From an uncultured Gemmatimonadales bacterium (GTDB taxonomy: Bacteria > Gemmatimonadota > Gemmatimonadetes > Longimicrobiales > RSA9), in assembly GCA_963783305.1 (NCBI GenBank), contig CAWAMW010000002.1, positions 544,001 through 608,000 on the forward strand: 64,000 bases of DNA. Direction: 5' to 3'. The position numbers were made by a program, and so were the translations under genes. A model generated the notes under the pieces. That model searched no databases. It was not told the DNA's origin and saw only the letters and a list, made by a program, of their open reading frames with translations. Positions 25,660 through 35,550 of the stretch are shown one piece after another (the first letter of the stretch is position 1; each line of letters begins with the position of its first letter).

Positions 25660-27597
25660 TCAGATCAGCCAGTTCGCGGCCCAGGCACCCACGTACGCCA
25701 GGAACAGCATGTAGCCGAACTGGAGCGCGGGCCATTTCCACCCGGCGGTCTCACGCCGCATCACCGCTACGGTCGACATGCACTGGAGCGCGAAAGCGAA
25801 GAAGATCAGGAGCCCCACGGCAGCGCCGAGATCCAGCTGCTGGCGCAGGTTCTCCATCAGCGTGAGCGAATCCTCGCTCGCGTCCTGCACTCCGTAGATC
25901 GTGCCCAGCGTCCCGACGATCACCTCGCGCGCGGCCAGCGACGAGATCAGCCCCATGCCGATCTGCCAATCGAACCCCAGCGGGGCGATGGCCGGCTCGA
26001 TGACGTGCCCCACCTGTCCGAGCACACTCTCCTCGATGGGCGGCGGACCGTCCGGCGAGCGCGGGAACTGCGTCATGACCCACAGCACCACCGTCACCGT
26101 GAAGATGATCCGGCCGGCACGCCGCAGGAAGATCCGGCTCCGGTCCAGCAGCCGGATGCCGAGCGACCTGAGAGACGGGAGACGGTACGGCGGCAGCTCC
26201 ATGACGAAGCTGGTGGACTTACCCCTGAGCAGCGTCCGCTTCAGCAGGAAGGCGGTCACCACGGCCGCGATCGCCCCGAGGGCGTACAGCCCCAGCAGCG
26301 TTGCCGCTCGTGTACCCATGACCGGCCCCAGCACGGGGCGCTCTGGGATGAACGCCGCGATGAGCAGAGCGTACACCGGGAGCCGCGCGGAGCACGTCAT
26401 GAACGGCGTGACGAATATGGTCGCCAGCCGGTCCCGCTCGTCCTCCACCGTGCGCGCGGCGAGGATCGCCGGCACCGCGCACGCGTAGCCGCTCAGGAGC
26501 GGAAGGAAGGCCCGTCCCTGCAGCCCCACCCGGTACATGAGCCGGTCGGCGATCACCGCCGCTCGGGCCATGTAGCCCGAGTCCTCCAGGACCCCCAGGA
26601 ACAGGAAGAGGATCAGGATCTGAGGCAGGAAGACGATCACCGACCCCACGCCCGAGAAGACGCCATCGATCACCAGCGATCGGATCCACCCGTCCGGCAG
26701 CCGCGGCGCCAGCCACTCCCCGGATGAGGTGATCAGCCACTCCGTGCCGTCCATGAACGGCGTCGCCCAGGTGAAGATTGCCTGGAAAACCAGCACGACC
26801 ACCGCCAGGAACACCAGCGGACCGGCCACACGGTGCAGGAGGACGCTGTCCAGCGTGTCGCTCCACCGCGACGGCCCCGGCGACCGATACTCCGCCGAGC
26901 CCACCGCCGCTCGCACCCGCTTCCGGCGCGCCTGGAACGCGTCCACCACCGGCAACGGCGTCCGCTTCGAGACGTTGCTCACCGTCCCCGCCGGTCGCGC
27001 CGGGCCCCGTCCCCGATCCGCCGCCGCCAACAGCCACGCCCGCACACGGTCCACCCCCGCGCCCGAGCGCGCGTTCGTACGCACCACCTCCACCCCGAGC
27101 GACGACGCCAGCTCCTCGTCGCTCACCGCCCCGCCCCGCGCCTCCAGCTCGTCCGCCATGTTCAGGACCAGCAGCGTGGGCAGATCGAGCTCCAGCACCG
27201 GCTCCGCCAGCATCAGCTGACTCTCCAGCCGCGTCGAGTCCACCACCAGCACCACCGCGTCCGGGGCCCGCAGACCCGCCACTCGCCCTTCCAGCACGTC
27301 CCGCGTCACCCGCTCGTCCAGCGTGCGCGCAGAAAAGCCGTTCACACCCGGCAGATCGACCAGGTCCACTTCCCGGTCATCCGCCAGACGCGCACGGCCC
27401 ACATGCTTCTCTACCGTCACTCCCGGATAGTTCGCCACCTTCTGACGAAGGCCCGTGAGCTGATTGTACAGCGTCGTCTTTCCCGCGTTCGGCGGGCCCA
27501 CCAGCGCGACCAGCGCCGCACCGCCCCCCGTCTCGATACCCTCGCCCGGCACCCGCCCGCGCACCGGCCGGGCAGGCGCGCTCACTCCCTCCACCAC
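25660..27597 (-). CDS. feoB: Ferrous iron transport protein B
   Basis: GPPNAGKT, NYPGVTVE, DLPG, NMAD, LEDSGYMAR, FMTCSARLPVY, MELPPY. Confidence 0.95.
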   Translation of the reverse strand: MVEGVSAPARPVRGRVPGEGIETGGGAALVALVGPPNAGKTTLYNQLTGLRQKVANYPGVTVEKHVGRARLADDREVDLVDLPGVNGFSARTLDERVTRDVLEGRVAGLRAPDAVVLVVDSTRLESQLMLAEPVLELDLPTLLVLNMADELEARGGAVSDEELASSLGVEVVRTNARSGAGVDRVRAWLLAAADRGRGPARPAGTVSNVSKRTPLPVVDAFQARRKRVRAAVGSAEYRSPGPSRWSDTLDSVLLHRVAGPLVFLAVVVLVFQAIFTWATPFMDGTEWLITSSGEWLAPRLPDGWIRSLVIDGVFSGVGSVIVFLPQILILFLFLGVLEDSGYMARAAVIADRLMYRVGLQGRAFLPLLSGYACAVPAILAARTVEDERDRLATIFVTPFMTCSARLPVYALLIAAFIPERPVLGPVMGTRAATLLGLYALGAIAAVVTAFLLKRTLLRGKSTSFVMELPPYRLPSLRSLGIRLLDRSRIFLRRAGRIIFTVTVVLWVMTQFPRSPDGPPPIEESVLGQVGHVIEPAIAPLGFDWQIGMGLISSLAAREVIVGTLGTIYGVQDASEDSLTLMENLRQQLDLGAAVGLLIFFAFALQCMSTVAVMRRETAGWKWPALQFGYMLFLAYVGAWAANWLI

Positions 27598-27607
27598 CTG
27601 CTCTCCG

Positions 27608-27910
27608 CTACGCCGCGTCCACCGTCAGCCGCACGCACAGGCACGACGCCATCTCGCGCCGCAGCGCCAGCAGCGTTCCCTCCACGTTCACGATCGGATC
27701 CCCGAACGGCGACATCCGCACCGGACAGAGACGACACCCCGGCAGCACACCTCGCTCCAGCAGCGCCTCCATGTCCGACTCCGGCAGCTCCATCTCCTCC
27801 AGCTCCACCTCCTGGCCCAGCGGAACGTCCGCCAGCCGAAGCCGCCTAGGCTCCACCCCCGCCACCCCGTCGATCACTCCTCGCTCCGCCTGCGCGTATA
27901 CTGTGGCCAT
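27608..27910 (-). CDS. feoA: Ferrous iron transport protein A
   Basis: LLERGVLPG, SPFGDPI, LALRR; immediately upstream of feoB. Confidence 0.9.
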   Translation of the reverse strand: MATVYAQAERGVIDGVAGVEPRRLRLADVPLGQEVELEEMELPESDMEALLERGVLPGCRLCPVRMSPFGDPIVNVEGTLLALRREMASCLCVRLTVDAA

Positions 27911-27925
27911 GGGCTCGATGGTTGA

Positions 27926-27946
27926 GATTGAAACTGATTCTCAATC
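27926..27946. promoter_or_regulatory. Fur-box-like operator upstream of feoA
   Basis: AT-rich palindrome GATTGAAACTGATTCTCAATC; minus strand TGAGAATCAGTTTCA resembles the 7-1-7 TGATAATnATTATCA consensus. Confidence 0.75.
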
Positions 27947-28124
27947 AAGGTAACCCGCTCGTTCCCCGATGAAAAGGGCGCACCGCGCCTCCGCTCCACG
28001 TGGGCACGCGAACGCGCAGTATCGAAGGGGGCTCCGGGAAGGGGGCTCGGAAGAAGCTGGCGGGCGGCCGACCTGTGCTCGTTCGAGCGACGGTGCACGG
28101 CCAGCCCGTCGCTGTGGCCTCCGC

Positions 28125-29669
28125 TCAAGCCTCAGGGCTGCCGAGGGCCATGGCCTCCGTCCATTTGCGGAGCCTGTCGGCCTGGAGGGGGTGGGTGAGG
28201 AGGCTGGCGATCTCCGCCGACGCGAGGGCCGGGTGCGCGCCGCGCAGGCGTTCGAGAACCTTCCGGGCGAGATCGGCGTCGACGTGTGGCAGGACCAGCA
28301 CCACATCGCCGTCCGGGAGGAGCGCGAACAGGTCGCCGTCAGCGAGTCGGAGGCGAGACCGTGCGGCCTGCCAGAGGGAGTCGGGCGCCGCGCCCATCGC
28401 TGGGCGAAGCCGGGCCACCGCGAAGAACGGGGACGGCGTCCCGTCTCCGAGGCGCGCCATCGCTTCCGCCAATTCGAAAGCGTCCATGGGCCGGATTTCG
28501 CCGTTCTGACCCACCGGCTGCAGCGGGCGCTCCCGCGGTATCGGGCCGGGATGACCTGCGTGGCCGAGGGTGGCGGTCGCTTCGATGCGCGCGACGATAT
28601 CGGCGGCGGGCAGCTCGGAGATGATGAAGTCGTCGGCGCCGATCCGTAGTGCGCGGGCCCGGGTTGCGCTCCGGAGCCCGCGACTCGGTGACAGCAGCAC
28701 GATGGGCGCGCCGTTCCCGGACTTTCGGACGGTGTACATGAGGTTGAACACCCGCTCCGGGTCGTACGGGTCGAGGGCCAGGACCAGCATTCCGTGGCGG
28801 GCGTCCAGGAGCGGGATGAGAGACTGAGAGAGATCGGTGTGAACGTCCACGTCGCGTTCGGCTTGGAGCAGGGCCAGCACCTCCCCCGGCACTGTACCTT
28901 CCTCGTCCAGGACGACGACGCGTTCCCTCAGGGACCCGTCCACCTCTCGCTCGTACGACGGGAGGTCCTCGGAGAACCCGCCGCCCGGGCGCAGCGCGTA
29001 GAGGAAGGGCTCGGTGGAGAACGCCGCCTGGCGCACTTCGACGAAATTGAGGGCGCGGCGGCCCCGGCCGGCGGCGTCGAGGCGGATCACCGCGGAGGCG
29101 GATCGGGAGACGGGCTCCAGGTATCCGCTCCAGAAGGACCGGTGCACCGCGGTGGAGGCGAGCAGGTACGAGGTCGCGCCGCTCTCGTCGAGGAAGTGAT
29201 CGAGCTCCCGGATCAGCCTGGCCGGTGAGGCGGTGCACCGGACGAGTTCCTCGATGTCGTCCACCACGATGCGGCTGAAGCGCTCCTCCCGAGCGAGCCG
29301 CCGGAGCACCGCCACGGGTTGGTTGCGATACACGATGTCGTGGGACTCACCGGAACTACGGGTGTTCAGGACCCGGAGGTGCGGGCTGCTGGAGATCGGG
29401 CCGGGGCTGTAGCCGACGAGCTCGCCGAGTTCTTCGAGCACCGCGCCGCCGCCGGCGGTCACCAGCAGGCATCTCTCCTTCCGCTGCAGCCCGGCCATGA
29501 GGAAGTGGAGTCCCAGGGCGGTCTTGCCGGCGCCATCGGGGCCCGATACCACGAACCGGCCCCCGACCTCGATCCCGCCAAGGCGAGAGTCCAGCGCCTC
29601 GACCCCGGTAGACAGCATGCTCCGCCCGCGAGTGGTGGCGCTCGACGCGGCCGTGGAGTCGCGGCTCAC
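28125..29669 (-). CDS. RecA/KaiC-like ATPase + degenerate REC + degenerate GGDEF-like protein
   Basis: STGVEALDSRLGG, GPDGAGKT, RIVVDD; APIVLLS..RALRIGADDF; LRLADGDLFALLPDGDVVLVLP..ARKVLERLR; GTG 29669 overlaps upstream stop (alternative ATG 29618). Confidence 0.7.
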   Translation of the reverse strand: MSRDSTAASSATTRGRSMLSTGVEALDSRLGGIEVGGRFVVSGPDGAGKTALGLHFLMAGLQRKERCLLVTAGGGAVLEELGELVGYSPGPISSSPHLRVLNTRSSGESHDIVYRNQPVAVLRRLAREERFSRIVVDDIEELVRCTASPARLIRELDHFLDESGATSYLLASTAVHRSFWSGYLEPVSRSASAVIRLDAAGRGRRALNFVEVRQAAFSTEPFLYALRPGGGFSEDLPSYEREVDGSLRERVVVLDEEGTVPGEVLALLQAERDVDVHTDLSQSLIPLLDARHGMLVLALDPYDPERVFNLMYTVRKSGNGAPIVLLSPSRGLRSATRARALRIGADDFIISELPAADIVARIEATATLGHAGHPGPIPRERPLQPVGQNGEIRPMDAFELAEAMARLGDGTPSPFFAVARLRPAMGAAPDSLWQAARSRLRLADGDLFALLPDGDVVLVLPHVDADLARKVLERLRGAHPALASAEIASLLTHPLQADRLRKWTEAMALGSPEA

Positions 29670-30322
29670 GGGTTCCCGCTGGCGTCGCCGGCGGGCGCCC
29701 CGGCCGACTCCTCCAGCTCCGGCCACCAGAACGTCGGGGTGCCGGTGGCGGACAGGCCCAGCGCCGCCCGGGCCCCGCCGTTGGCATCCGCGAAGAGGAG
29801 CGAGGCGGCGTCCCCGGCGGACATCCCCAGAACCGCGCGGGTGGTGCCGACCGCGTCGGCGAAGGCCAGGCTGCTGCTACGGTCGGAGAGGTGGCTGAGC
29901 ACGACGCGGTTGGCGCCCTTCTCATCGGCCATGGAGAGCCCCTGCTCGCCGTCCGCCCGTACGGTGAGCCGCATCCGCTCTACGCCGTTCGGATCGACCA
30001 GCACCAGGCGAGCGGCGCCCTGTTCGTCCACGGCCCAGTAGCCGCGCTCCACGCCCTGTCGGTCCACCAGCACCACCTCGCGGGCCCGGAGCGACGTGGC
30101 CGTCAGCAGCGGCAGGTCCTGGTGGAAGGCGAAATAGAGGAGGCCGCCCGTGCTTACGGCTGCCGCCAGCGCCAGGATCAGGGCGCTCCACCCCAGGACC
30201 CGGGCGCGACGCGACCGCCGGGCCTCCGCACGGAGCCGGTCGTCCATGCGCTGTCTGAAGTCGTCGAGAGTGCCCTGGATGGACGACACAATGGATTCCT
30301 GGCGGATCGTGGTCTCGCTCAT
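29666..30322 (-). CDS. Bitopic membrane protein with short beta-repeat domain
   Basis: ATG 30322 in ATGA overlap; one TM after RRSRRAR; repeated LxxxDxxGxxRxxL units. Confidence 0.7.
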   Translation of the reverse strand: MSETTIRQESIVSSIQGTLDDFRQRMDDRLRAEARRSRRARVLGWSALILALAAAVSTGGLLYFAFHQDLPLLTATSLRAREVVLVDRQGVERGYWAVDEQGAARLVLVDPNGVERMRLTVRADGEQGLSMADEKGANRVVLSHLSDRSSSLAFADAVGTTRAVLGMSAGDAASLLFADANGGARAALGLSATGTPTFWWPELEESAGAPAGDASGNP

Positions 30323-31773
30323 GCTTCTCTCGGCTTGGTGGTCATCCGGGCCCGGGTCTGAACGGCGTCGGGGGCCATGATGAGGAAGTAGGTCGCGCAC
30401 GCCCGCTCCAGCATATCGCCCTCCGGCCGGGGCTCCCGCCCCTCGTAGCGAGCGATGTCCTCCACGTGCTCCATGACGTCACGGGGGTGGCAGCCGCGTG
30501 GCTCGACGCCCCGGTCGTAGTACTCCTGGTAGAGAAAGTCGAGGGCCGACTCCAGATAGGGGATCTCCCGGCTCTCGCACTCCCGGCGCATGATCTCCCG
30601 CAGCGCCCGCCGGTCGGGGCTGGTCATCTCGATCTTGTACTGGATCCGCCGCAGGAACGCCTCGTCCACCAGGTCCTCGGGCTGGAGGTTGGTGGCGAAG
30701 ATGAGGAGCGCGTCGAAGGGGACGCGGAACTTCACGCCGGTATGGAGCGTCAGGTAGTCCACCCGCTTCTCCAGCGGCACGATCCAGCGATTCAGCAGGT
30801 CGTCGGCCGCCGCGTGCTGGCGACCGAAGTCGTCGATGATGAGCACGCCACCCGCGGCCTTCAGCTGGAAGGGCGCCTGGTACATGCGGGTCTTGTAGTC
30901 GTACTCCAGGTCGAGCTGGTTGAGCGTGAGCTCGCCGCCCGCCGTCACCACCGGCCGACGGATCCGCACGAAGCGCCGGTCGTGGGGCACCTCCCGCCGC
31001 AGCCACTCCGGCCCGCCACCGCCCGCCTCCTCCTCGACCTCCACCGGCACGTGGTGCGAGAGGTCGTACAGGATCATGGTCTGACCCGTGATGTCCACCG
31101 CGTGGGGGATGTAGACGGAGCCGCCCAGCAGGCGCGCGATGATCCCCGCAGCGTGCGTCTTCCCGTTTCCGGGGTCGCCGTGGAGGAAGATGGACCGGGC
31201 GGAGTTCACCGCCGGCCCCAGCACACGGAAGATCTCTGGATCCAGCACCAGCTCTCCGAACTCCTCCTCCATTCGCTCCGGCGTCACCCGCACCCGTCGG
31301 AGCGACTGCCGGGCGATCCAGTCCTCGTAGACCGCAAGCGGGACCGGCGCCGGCCCCACGTACTGACTCACCTCCATGGCCTCCCGGGCACGGTCCCTCC
31401 CCGCCTCCGTCAGGTTGAACCGGTAGCTCCCCCGGTTCGGGCCGGTCGTCCCGGTGACTTCCAGCAGGCGACGCTGCTGAAGCATCACCAGCCGCTCGTC
31501 CACGATGGCGAACGGGAGCGCCATGGACTCCGTCACCTCCCGACCCGTCCGCGCCCCCTGCACGTACAGCGTCTTCAGCAGCAGCTCGTCCACCGCCTCC
31601 CCCGTGAGCCCCGTCTCCTCCAGCGTGCGCGGCGCGGGCGGCGCCGCCGCGACTTCCATGACCTCCGCGACCTCCGCGACCTCCGCGACCTCCGCGACCT
31701 CCGCGACCTCCACCTCCTCCGGCGCCACCGGCGGGTCCAGGCGCTGCGCCGCGCTCCGCTCGAGACCGCTCAT
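30319..31773 (-). CDS. AAA+ ATPase of unknown function in the Tad operon
   Basis: YVGPAPV, GDPGNGKT, GGELT, LIIDDFGRQ, LVDEAFLRRI. Confidence 0.85.
   Translation of the reverse strand: MSGLERSAAQRLDPPVAPEEVEVAEVAEVAEVAEVAEVMEVAAAPPAPRTLEETGLTGEAVDELLLKTLYVQGARTGREVTESMALPFAIVDERLVMLQQRRLLEVTGTTGPNRGSYRFNLTEAGRDRAREAMEVSQYVGPAPVPLAVYEDWIARQSLRRVRVTPERMEEEFGELVLDPEIFRVLGPAVNSARSIFLHGDPGNGKTHAAGIIARLLGGSVYIPHAVDITGQTMILYDLSHHVPVEVEEEAGGGGPEWLRREVPHDRRFVRIRRPVVTAGGELTLNQLDLEYDYKTRMYQAPFQLKAAGGVLIIDDFGRQHAAADDLLNRWIVPLEKRVDYLTLHTGVKFRVPFDALLIFATNLQPEDLVDEAFLRRIQYKIEMTSPDRRALREIMRRECESREIPYLESALDFLYQEYYDRGVEPRGCHPRDVMEHVEDIARYEGREPRPEGDMLERACATYFLIMAPDAVQTRARMTTKPREA
31661..31705. repeat. 5 x 9-bp in-frame repeat (VAE)
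   Basis: ACCTCCGCG x5 in the AAA ATPase N-terminus. Confidence 0.85.
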
Positions 31774-32204
31774 GCCATCCTCTTCTTTCTTCTCCAGCTG
31801 GTGTGCCTGTCGTTCGTCACGTCCCGGGACCGCGATGGCTCTCCGGTGGCGCTGCCCCAGGAGAGCTCGTCGCCGATCTCCGTCCGCGTCACCGTCAGCG
31901 TCCCCACCGGCAGCTCGAGGGCGTGGGCGGCATGGCGGTGGAAGGGGGTCCAGCGCCAGGGCCGCAGGTCCGGGTGGGCGGCCACGACCTCACCCGCCTC
32001 GTTCAGGAAGACCACGTCCAGGGCGAAGCACATTCCGAACATGTGCACCCCCTGGCACGGGCTCAGCAGGAGCCCTTCCCCGGGCTCCAGCCGAGCGGAG
32101 AACAGCAGCCCGCGGGCCCGCGACCACACCCGGTCCGCGATCCGCACCTGCCCGCCGAGGACCGTTCCCCGCGTCCGGTTCACCACCTGGATGGGCGTCA
32201 TCAC
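31770..32204 (-). CDS. DUF192 domain protein
   Basis: RARGLL, GVHMFGMCFALDVVFL, ALELPVG. Confidence 0.85.
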   Translation of the reverse strand: MMTPIQVVNRTRGTVLGGQVRIADRVWSRARGLLFSARLEPGEGLLLSPCQGVHMFGMCFALDVVFLNEAGEVVAAHPDLRPWRWTPFHRHAAHALELPVGTLTVTRTEIGDELSWGSATGEPSRSRDVTNDRHTSWRRKKRMA

Positions 32205-33133
32205 CTGCCCAGCTCGGCGAAGGTCTCGAAGATCTGGATGAACCCGGGGCCGATCAGCACCACCATCAGCGCCGGGAAGATGAAAAGGACCAGTGGGAAG
32301 ACCATCTTGATGGTGGTCTTCGCGGCGGCCTCCTCCGCCCGCTGCCGGCGCTTGTCGCGCACGGTCTCGGAGTGGACCCGGAGCGCGTGGGCAATGGAGG
32401 TACCGAACCGGTCGGCCTGGATGAGCATCATGGAGAGCGCCCGGATGTCCTCCACGCCCGTGCGTGTGGCCAGGTTCCGGAGCGCCTCGTCCCGGGCTCC
32501 GCCGGCCCGGATCTCCAGGTTGAGGAGGCGGAGCTCCTCGGCGGTGATGGGGCTCAGGGGCGCGCTCTCCTGCGCGATCCGGACGAACGCCTGGTTCAAT
32601 GCCATCCCGCCCTCCACGCAGACCACCAGGAGGTCCAGCACGTCCGGCAGCGCCAGCGTGATCTCCTTCTGCCGCGCCCGGGCCTTCCTCCGGACCACCA
32701 GGACCGGACCGTAGTAGCCGACAACGCCCAGGTAGAGGGCGATGATCGTGGCGGCGAAGGTGCCGGCGCCAAGAAGCGGGCTCGTGATGGCTGCGATTGT
32801 GGCCAGGCCGAGGCCCAGGGTGGCGCGCAGCCCCCAGTACGTCGCCGGCGCCCCCGTCTTGCGGTAGCCCGCCTGAATCAGCAGTTCCCGGGCACCGTCC
32901 GTGTCGGTCGGCTGCCCCCTGATCTGGCGCCCCACGCCCTCCAGCACCTCCTGCAGCCGGTCGCGCTGCCGCTTTCGGCGGCGGCGCTCCACCCGCGCAC
33001 TGCCCGCGTGCAGGGCCGCCACTTCCTCCACGCGCCGGGTGACCTCCGGAGACCGGGCCGGGACGAGCTCCACGATCAGGAGTACGGCGAGACCCGCGGC
33101 GACGGCGATGGCGACAGCGAAGAAGAGGGTCAT
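32201..33133 (-). CDS. tadC: Tad pilus inner-membrane platform protein TadC
   Basis: [43 protein letters not shown]. Confidence 0.92.
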   Translation of the reverse strand: MTLFFAVAIAVAAGLAVLLIVELVPARSPEVTRRVEEVAALHAGSARVERRRRKRQRDRLQEVLEGVGRQIRGQPTDTDGARELLIQAGYRKTGAPATYWGLRATLGLGLATIAAITSPLLGAGTFAATIIALYLGVVGYYGPVLVVRRKARARQKEITLALPDVLDLLVVCVEGGMALNQAFVRIAQESAPLSPITAEELRLLNLEIRAGGARDEALRNLATRTGVEDIRALSMMLIQADRFGTSIAHALRVHSETVRDKRRQRAEEAAAKTTIKMVFPLVLFIFPALMVVLIGPGFIQIFETFAELGR

Positions 33134-33135
33134 GG

Positions 33136-34113
33136 TCAGATCTCGATGGCCACGATCTTACGGATCCACAGGTATCCGAAGATCTGCAGCGTGATGGCGG
33201 CGCCGAGCATCATCCGGCCCATGGGGTGCTCGAACAGAATCCGCATGTAGTCGGGATTCAGCGCATAGAAGAGGAGGCCGGCCACTATGGGCAGGGCGCC
33301 CACCGCCATGCCGGTCATTCGGCCCTGCGCGGTATAGGTCCGGAGCTGCCGCTGGATCTTGAACCGCGACCGCACCATGGCGGAGATGTTGTCCAGGATC
33401 TCCGCCAGGTTGCCGCCGACCTCCCGCTGGACCAGGAGCGCCGTGGTGAAGATCCTGACGTCCACCAGGTCGATACGATCCACCAGCCCCATGAGGACAT
33501 CGTGGAACGGCGAGCCGAAGCGGAGCTCCTCGAACATGCGACGGAACTCCGCACCCACCGGGTCGGGGATCTCCTGTCCCACCATCTGCATCCCCGCGGA
33601 CACCGGGTGTCCCGCCCGGATGGCGCGGCCCAGCATGTCCACCGCCTCGGGGAAGAGCTCCTCGAACCGCTGGAGCCGCCGCGTGCGCTTGCGGGCCACC
33701 ACCATGTACGGCACCGCGGCCGCAACGAGGGCCAGCAGGAGCGCGAACAACAACCCTCGGTCCAGGAGCAGCCCGGCCAGCAGCCCGGCCAGGGCGGCGC
33801 CCAGCGTGAGCAGGAGGAAGTTCCTGGCCGACCACGAGAGGCCCGCGTTCTCCAGCAACCGCGGCAGGTCCGCGAGCTGCGGGATCCGGGCCGCCACCGA
33901 CTCCAGCACCCCCGGTGCGCCATCGCGCGCTTCCCGGAACAATCCGGGTCGCTGCTCCGACGAGCTCTCGTCTCCGTCCACCAGCTCCGTCACCCGCTGC
34001 TGGACGCGACGCCGAGAGCTCCACCCCCGCAGATCCTCCAGGAGGATGAAGAGGGCCACGCTGCCGGCGGCGACCCCCACGAACACCAGGAGCGCCGAAA
34101 TCCAGGGCGTCAT
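33136..34113 (-). CDS. tadB: Tad pilus inner-membrane platform protein TadB
   Basis: [34 protein letters not shown]. Confidence 0.92.
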   Translation of the reverse strand: MTPWISALLVFVGVAAGSVALFILLEDLRGWSSRRRVQQRVTELVDGDESSSEQRPGLFREARDGAPGVLESVAARIPQLADLPRLLENAGLSWSARNFLLLTLGAALAGLLAGLLLDRGLLFALLLALVAAAVPYMVVARKRTRRLQRFEELFPEAVDMLGRAIRAGHPVSAGMQMVGQEIPDPVGAEFRRMFEELRFGSPFHDVLMGLVDRIDLVDVRIFTTALLVQREVGGNLAEILDNISAMVRSRFKIQRQLRTYTAQGRMTGMAVGALPIVAGLLFYALNPDYMRILFEHPMGRMMLGAAITLQIFGYLWIRKIVAIEI

Positions 34114-35534
34114 GGCCGCTCCTCCCGCCGACGCGGACCCGGCCGCGGCCCGAGGGCCAGGGGCACGAACTCCGCCTCATCGTCCAGCGGGTGCTCCTGG
34201 TTCGTGAACAGCAGCTCGCCCAGGTTGATCCCGTGGACCTTGAGCCGGTCGGCGAACTTCGGCCGGATCCCGGTGGAGCGGAATCGGCCCACCACGTACC
34301 CCTCCTCGTCGATCCCCTCCCGCTCGAACGTGAAGATCTCCTGCATGGTGATGACGTCGGCCTCCATCCCCACGATCTCCGAGATCGAGATGACCTTGCG
34401 CGTCCCGTCCGACAGCCGACTGACCTGGATCACCACGTCGATGGCGGACGCGACCTGCTGCCGCATGGCGCGCTCCGGCAGCCGGAGGTTGGCCATGGAA
34501 ATCATGGTCTCCAGCCGACTGAGGGCGTCACGGGGAGAGTTCGCGTGGAGGGTGGTGAGAGAGCCGTCATGGCCGGTGTTCATGGCCTGGAGCATGTCCA
34601 CAGCCTCGCCGCCCCGCACCTCGCCCACGATGATCCGGTCCGGCCGCATCCGCAGCGCGTTGATCAGCAGCAGCCGCTGCGTCACCTCGCCCCGACCCTC
34701 GATGTTCGCCGGCCGCGTCTCCAGCCGCACCACGTGCGGCTGCCGCATCTGAAGCTCGGCCGAGTCCTCGATGGTGATGATCCGCTCCGTCGGCGGGATG
34801 TACGAGCTGAGCACGTTCAGCAGCGTCGTCTTCCCGGCGCCCGTCCCGCCCGAGATAAGCACGTTGAGCCGCGCCTGCACGATCCCTCGCAGCAGCTCGA
34901 GCATCGGCTCCGTCACGCTGTCGTAGCGGAGCAGGTCGTCGCCCGAGAGCGTATCGCGCATGAACTTCCGGATGGACAGGTGGGGCCCATCGATGGCCAG
35001 CGGCGGGATGATGGCGTTCACCCGCGAGCCGTCGGGGAGGCGCGCGTCCACCATGGGCGAGGAGTCGTCGATGCGGCGGCCCACGGCGGACACGATGCGG
35101 TCGATGATCTGCATCAGGTGCTGGTCGTCCTTGAACCGGATCCGGGTGGGCTCGAGCCGTCCGTGCTTTTCCACCATGACCTGGTCGTACGCGTTCACCA
35201 GGATGTCGGCGACGTCCGGGTCCGCCATGAGCGGCTCCAGCGGTCCCAGCCCGAAGATCTCGTCCAGCACCTGCTGGGTCAGCTTCGTCCGCTCCTCCTG
35301 GTTGAGCGCCAGCCCCTCGCCCACCAGCAGGCTCTGGATCTCGGGGCGGATCGCCGCGGCGGCGTCATCCCGGCTGAGCCCGTCCAGGTTCGACAGGTTC
35401 AGCCGCTCCAGCAGCTTCCGGTGGATCCGACCCCGGACCTCCTCCATGCTCGGGCCCACGCCCGGCCCGGGATGGGAGCCGTTCTCCACGAGGGGTCGGA
35501 GAGCCTGCGGGTGGTCCTGACGCGTGTCTGTCAT
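34110..35534 (-). CDS. tadA: Tad pilus assembly ATPase TadA/CpaF
   Basis: [45 protein letters not shown]. Confidence 0.95.
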   Translation of the reverse strand: MTDTRQDHPQALRPLVENGSHPGPGVGPSMEEVRGRIHRKLLERLNLSNLDGLSRDDAAAAIRPEIQSLLVGEGLALNQEERTKLTQQVLDEIFGLGPLEPLMADPDVADILVNAYDQVMVEKHGRLEPTRIRFKDDQHLMQIIDRIVSAVGRRIDDSSPMVDARLPDGSRVNAIIPPLAIDGPHLSIRKFMRDTLSGDDLLRYDSVTEPMLELLRGIVQARLNVLISGGTGAGKTTLLNVLSSYIPPTERIITIEDSAELQMRQPHVVRLETRPANIEGRGEVTQRLLLINALRMRPDRIIVGEVRGGEAVDMLQAMNTGHDGSLTTLHANSPRDALSRLETMISMANLRLPERAMRQQVASAIDVVIQVSRLSDGTRKVISISEIVGMEADVITMQEIFTFEREGIDEEGYVVGRFRSTGIRPKFADRLKVHGINLGELLFTNQEHPLDDEAEFVPLALGPRPGPRRREERP

Positions 35535-35550
35535 CGATCCGTCCTCTCCG

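Noticed and set aside
28024..28048. Direct repeat GAAGGGGGCTC x2 upstream of feoA
   Set aside because: Short, GC-rich and two copies only; cannot be distinguished from chance
28125..29669. Circadian KaiC
   Set aside because: Single RecA-like domain, no duplicated CI/CII domains and no kaiA/kaiB nearby
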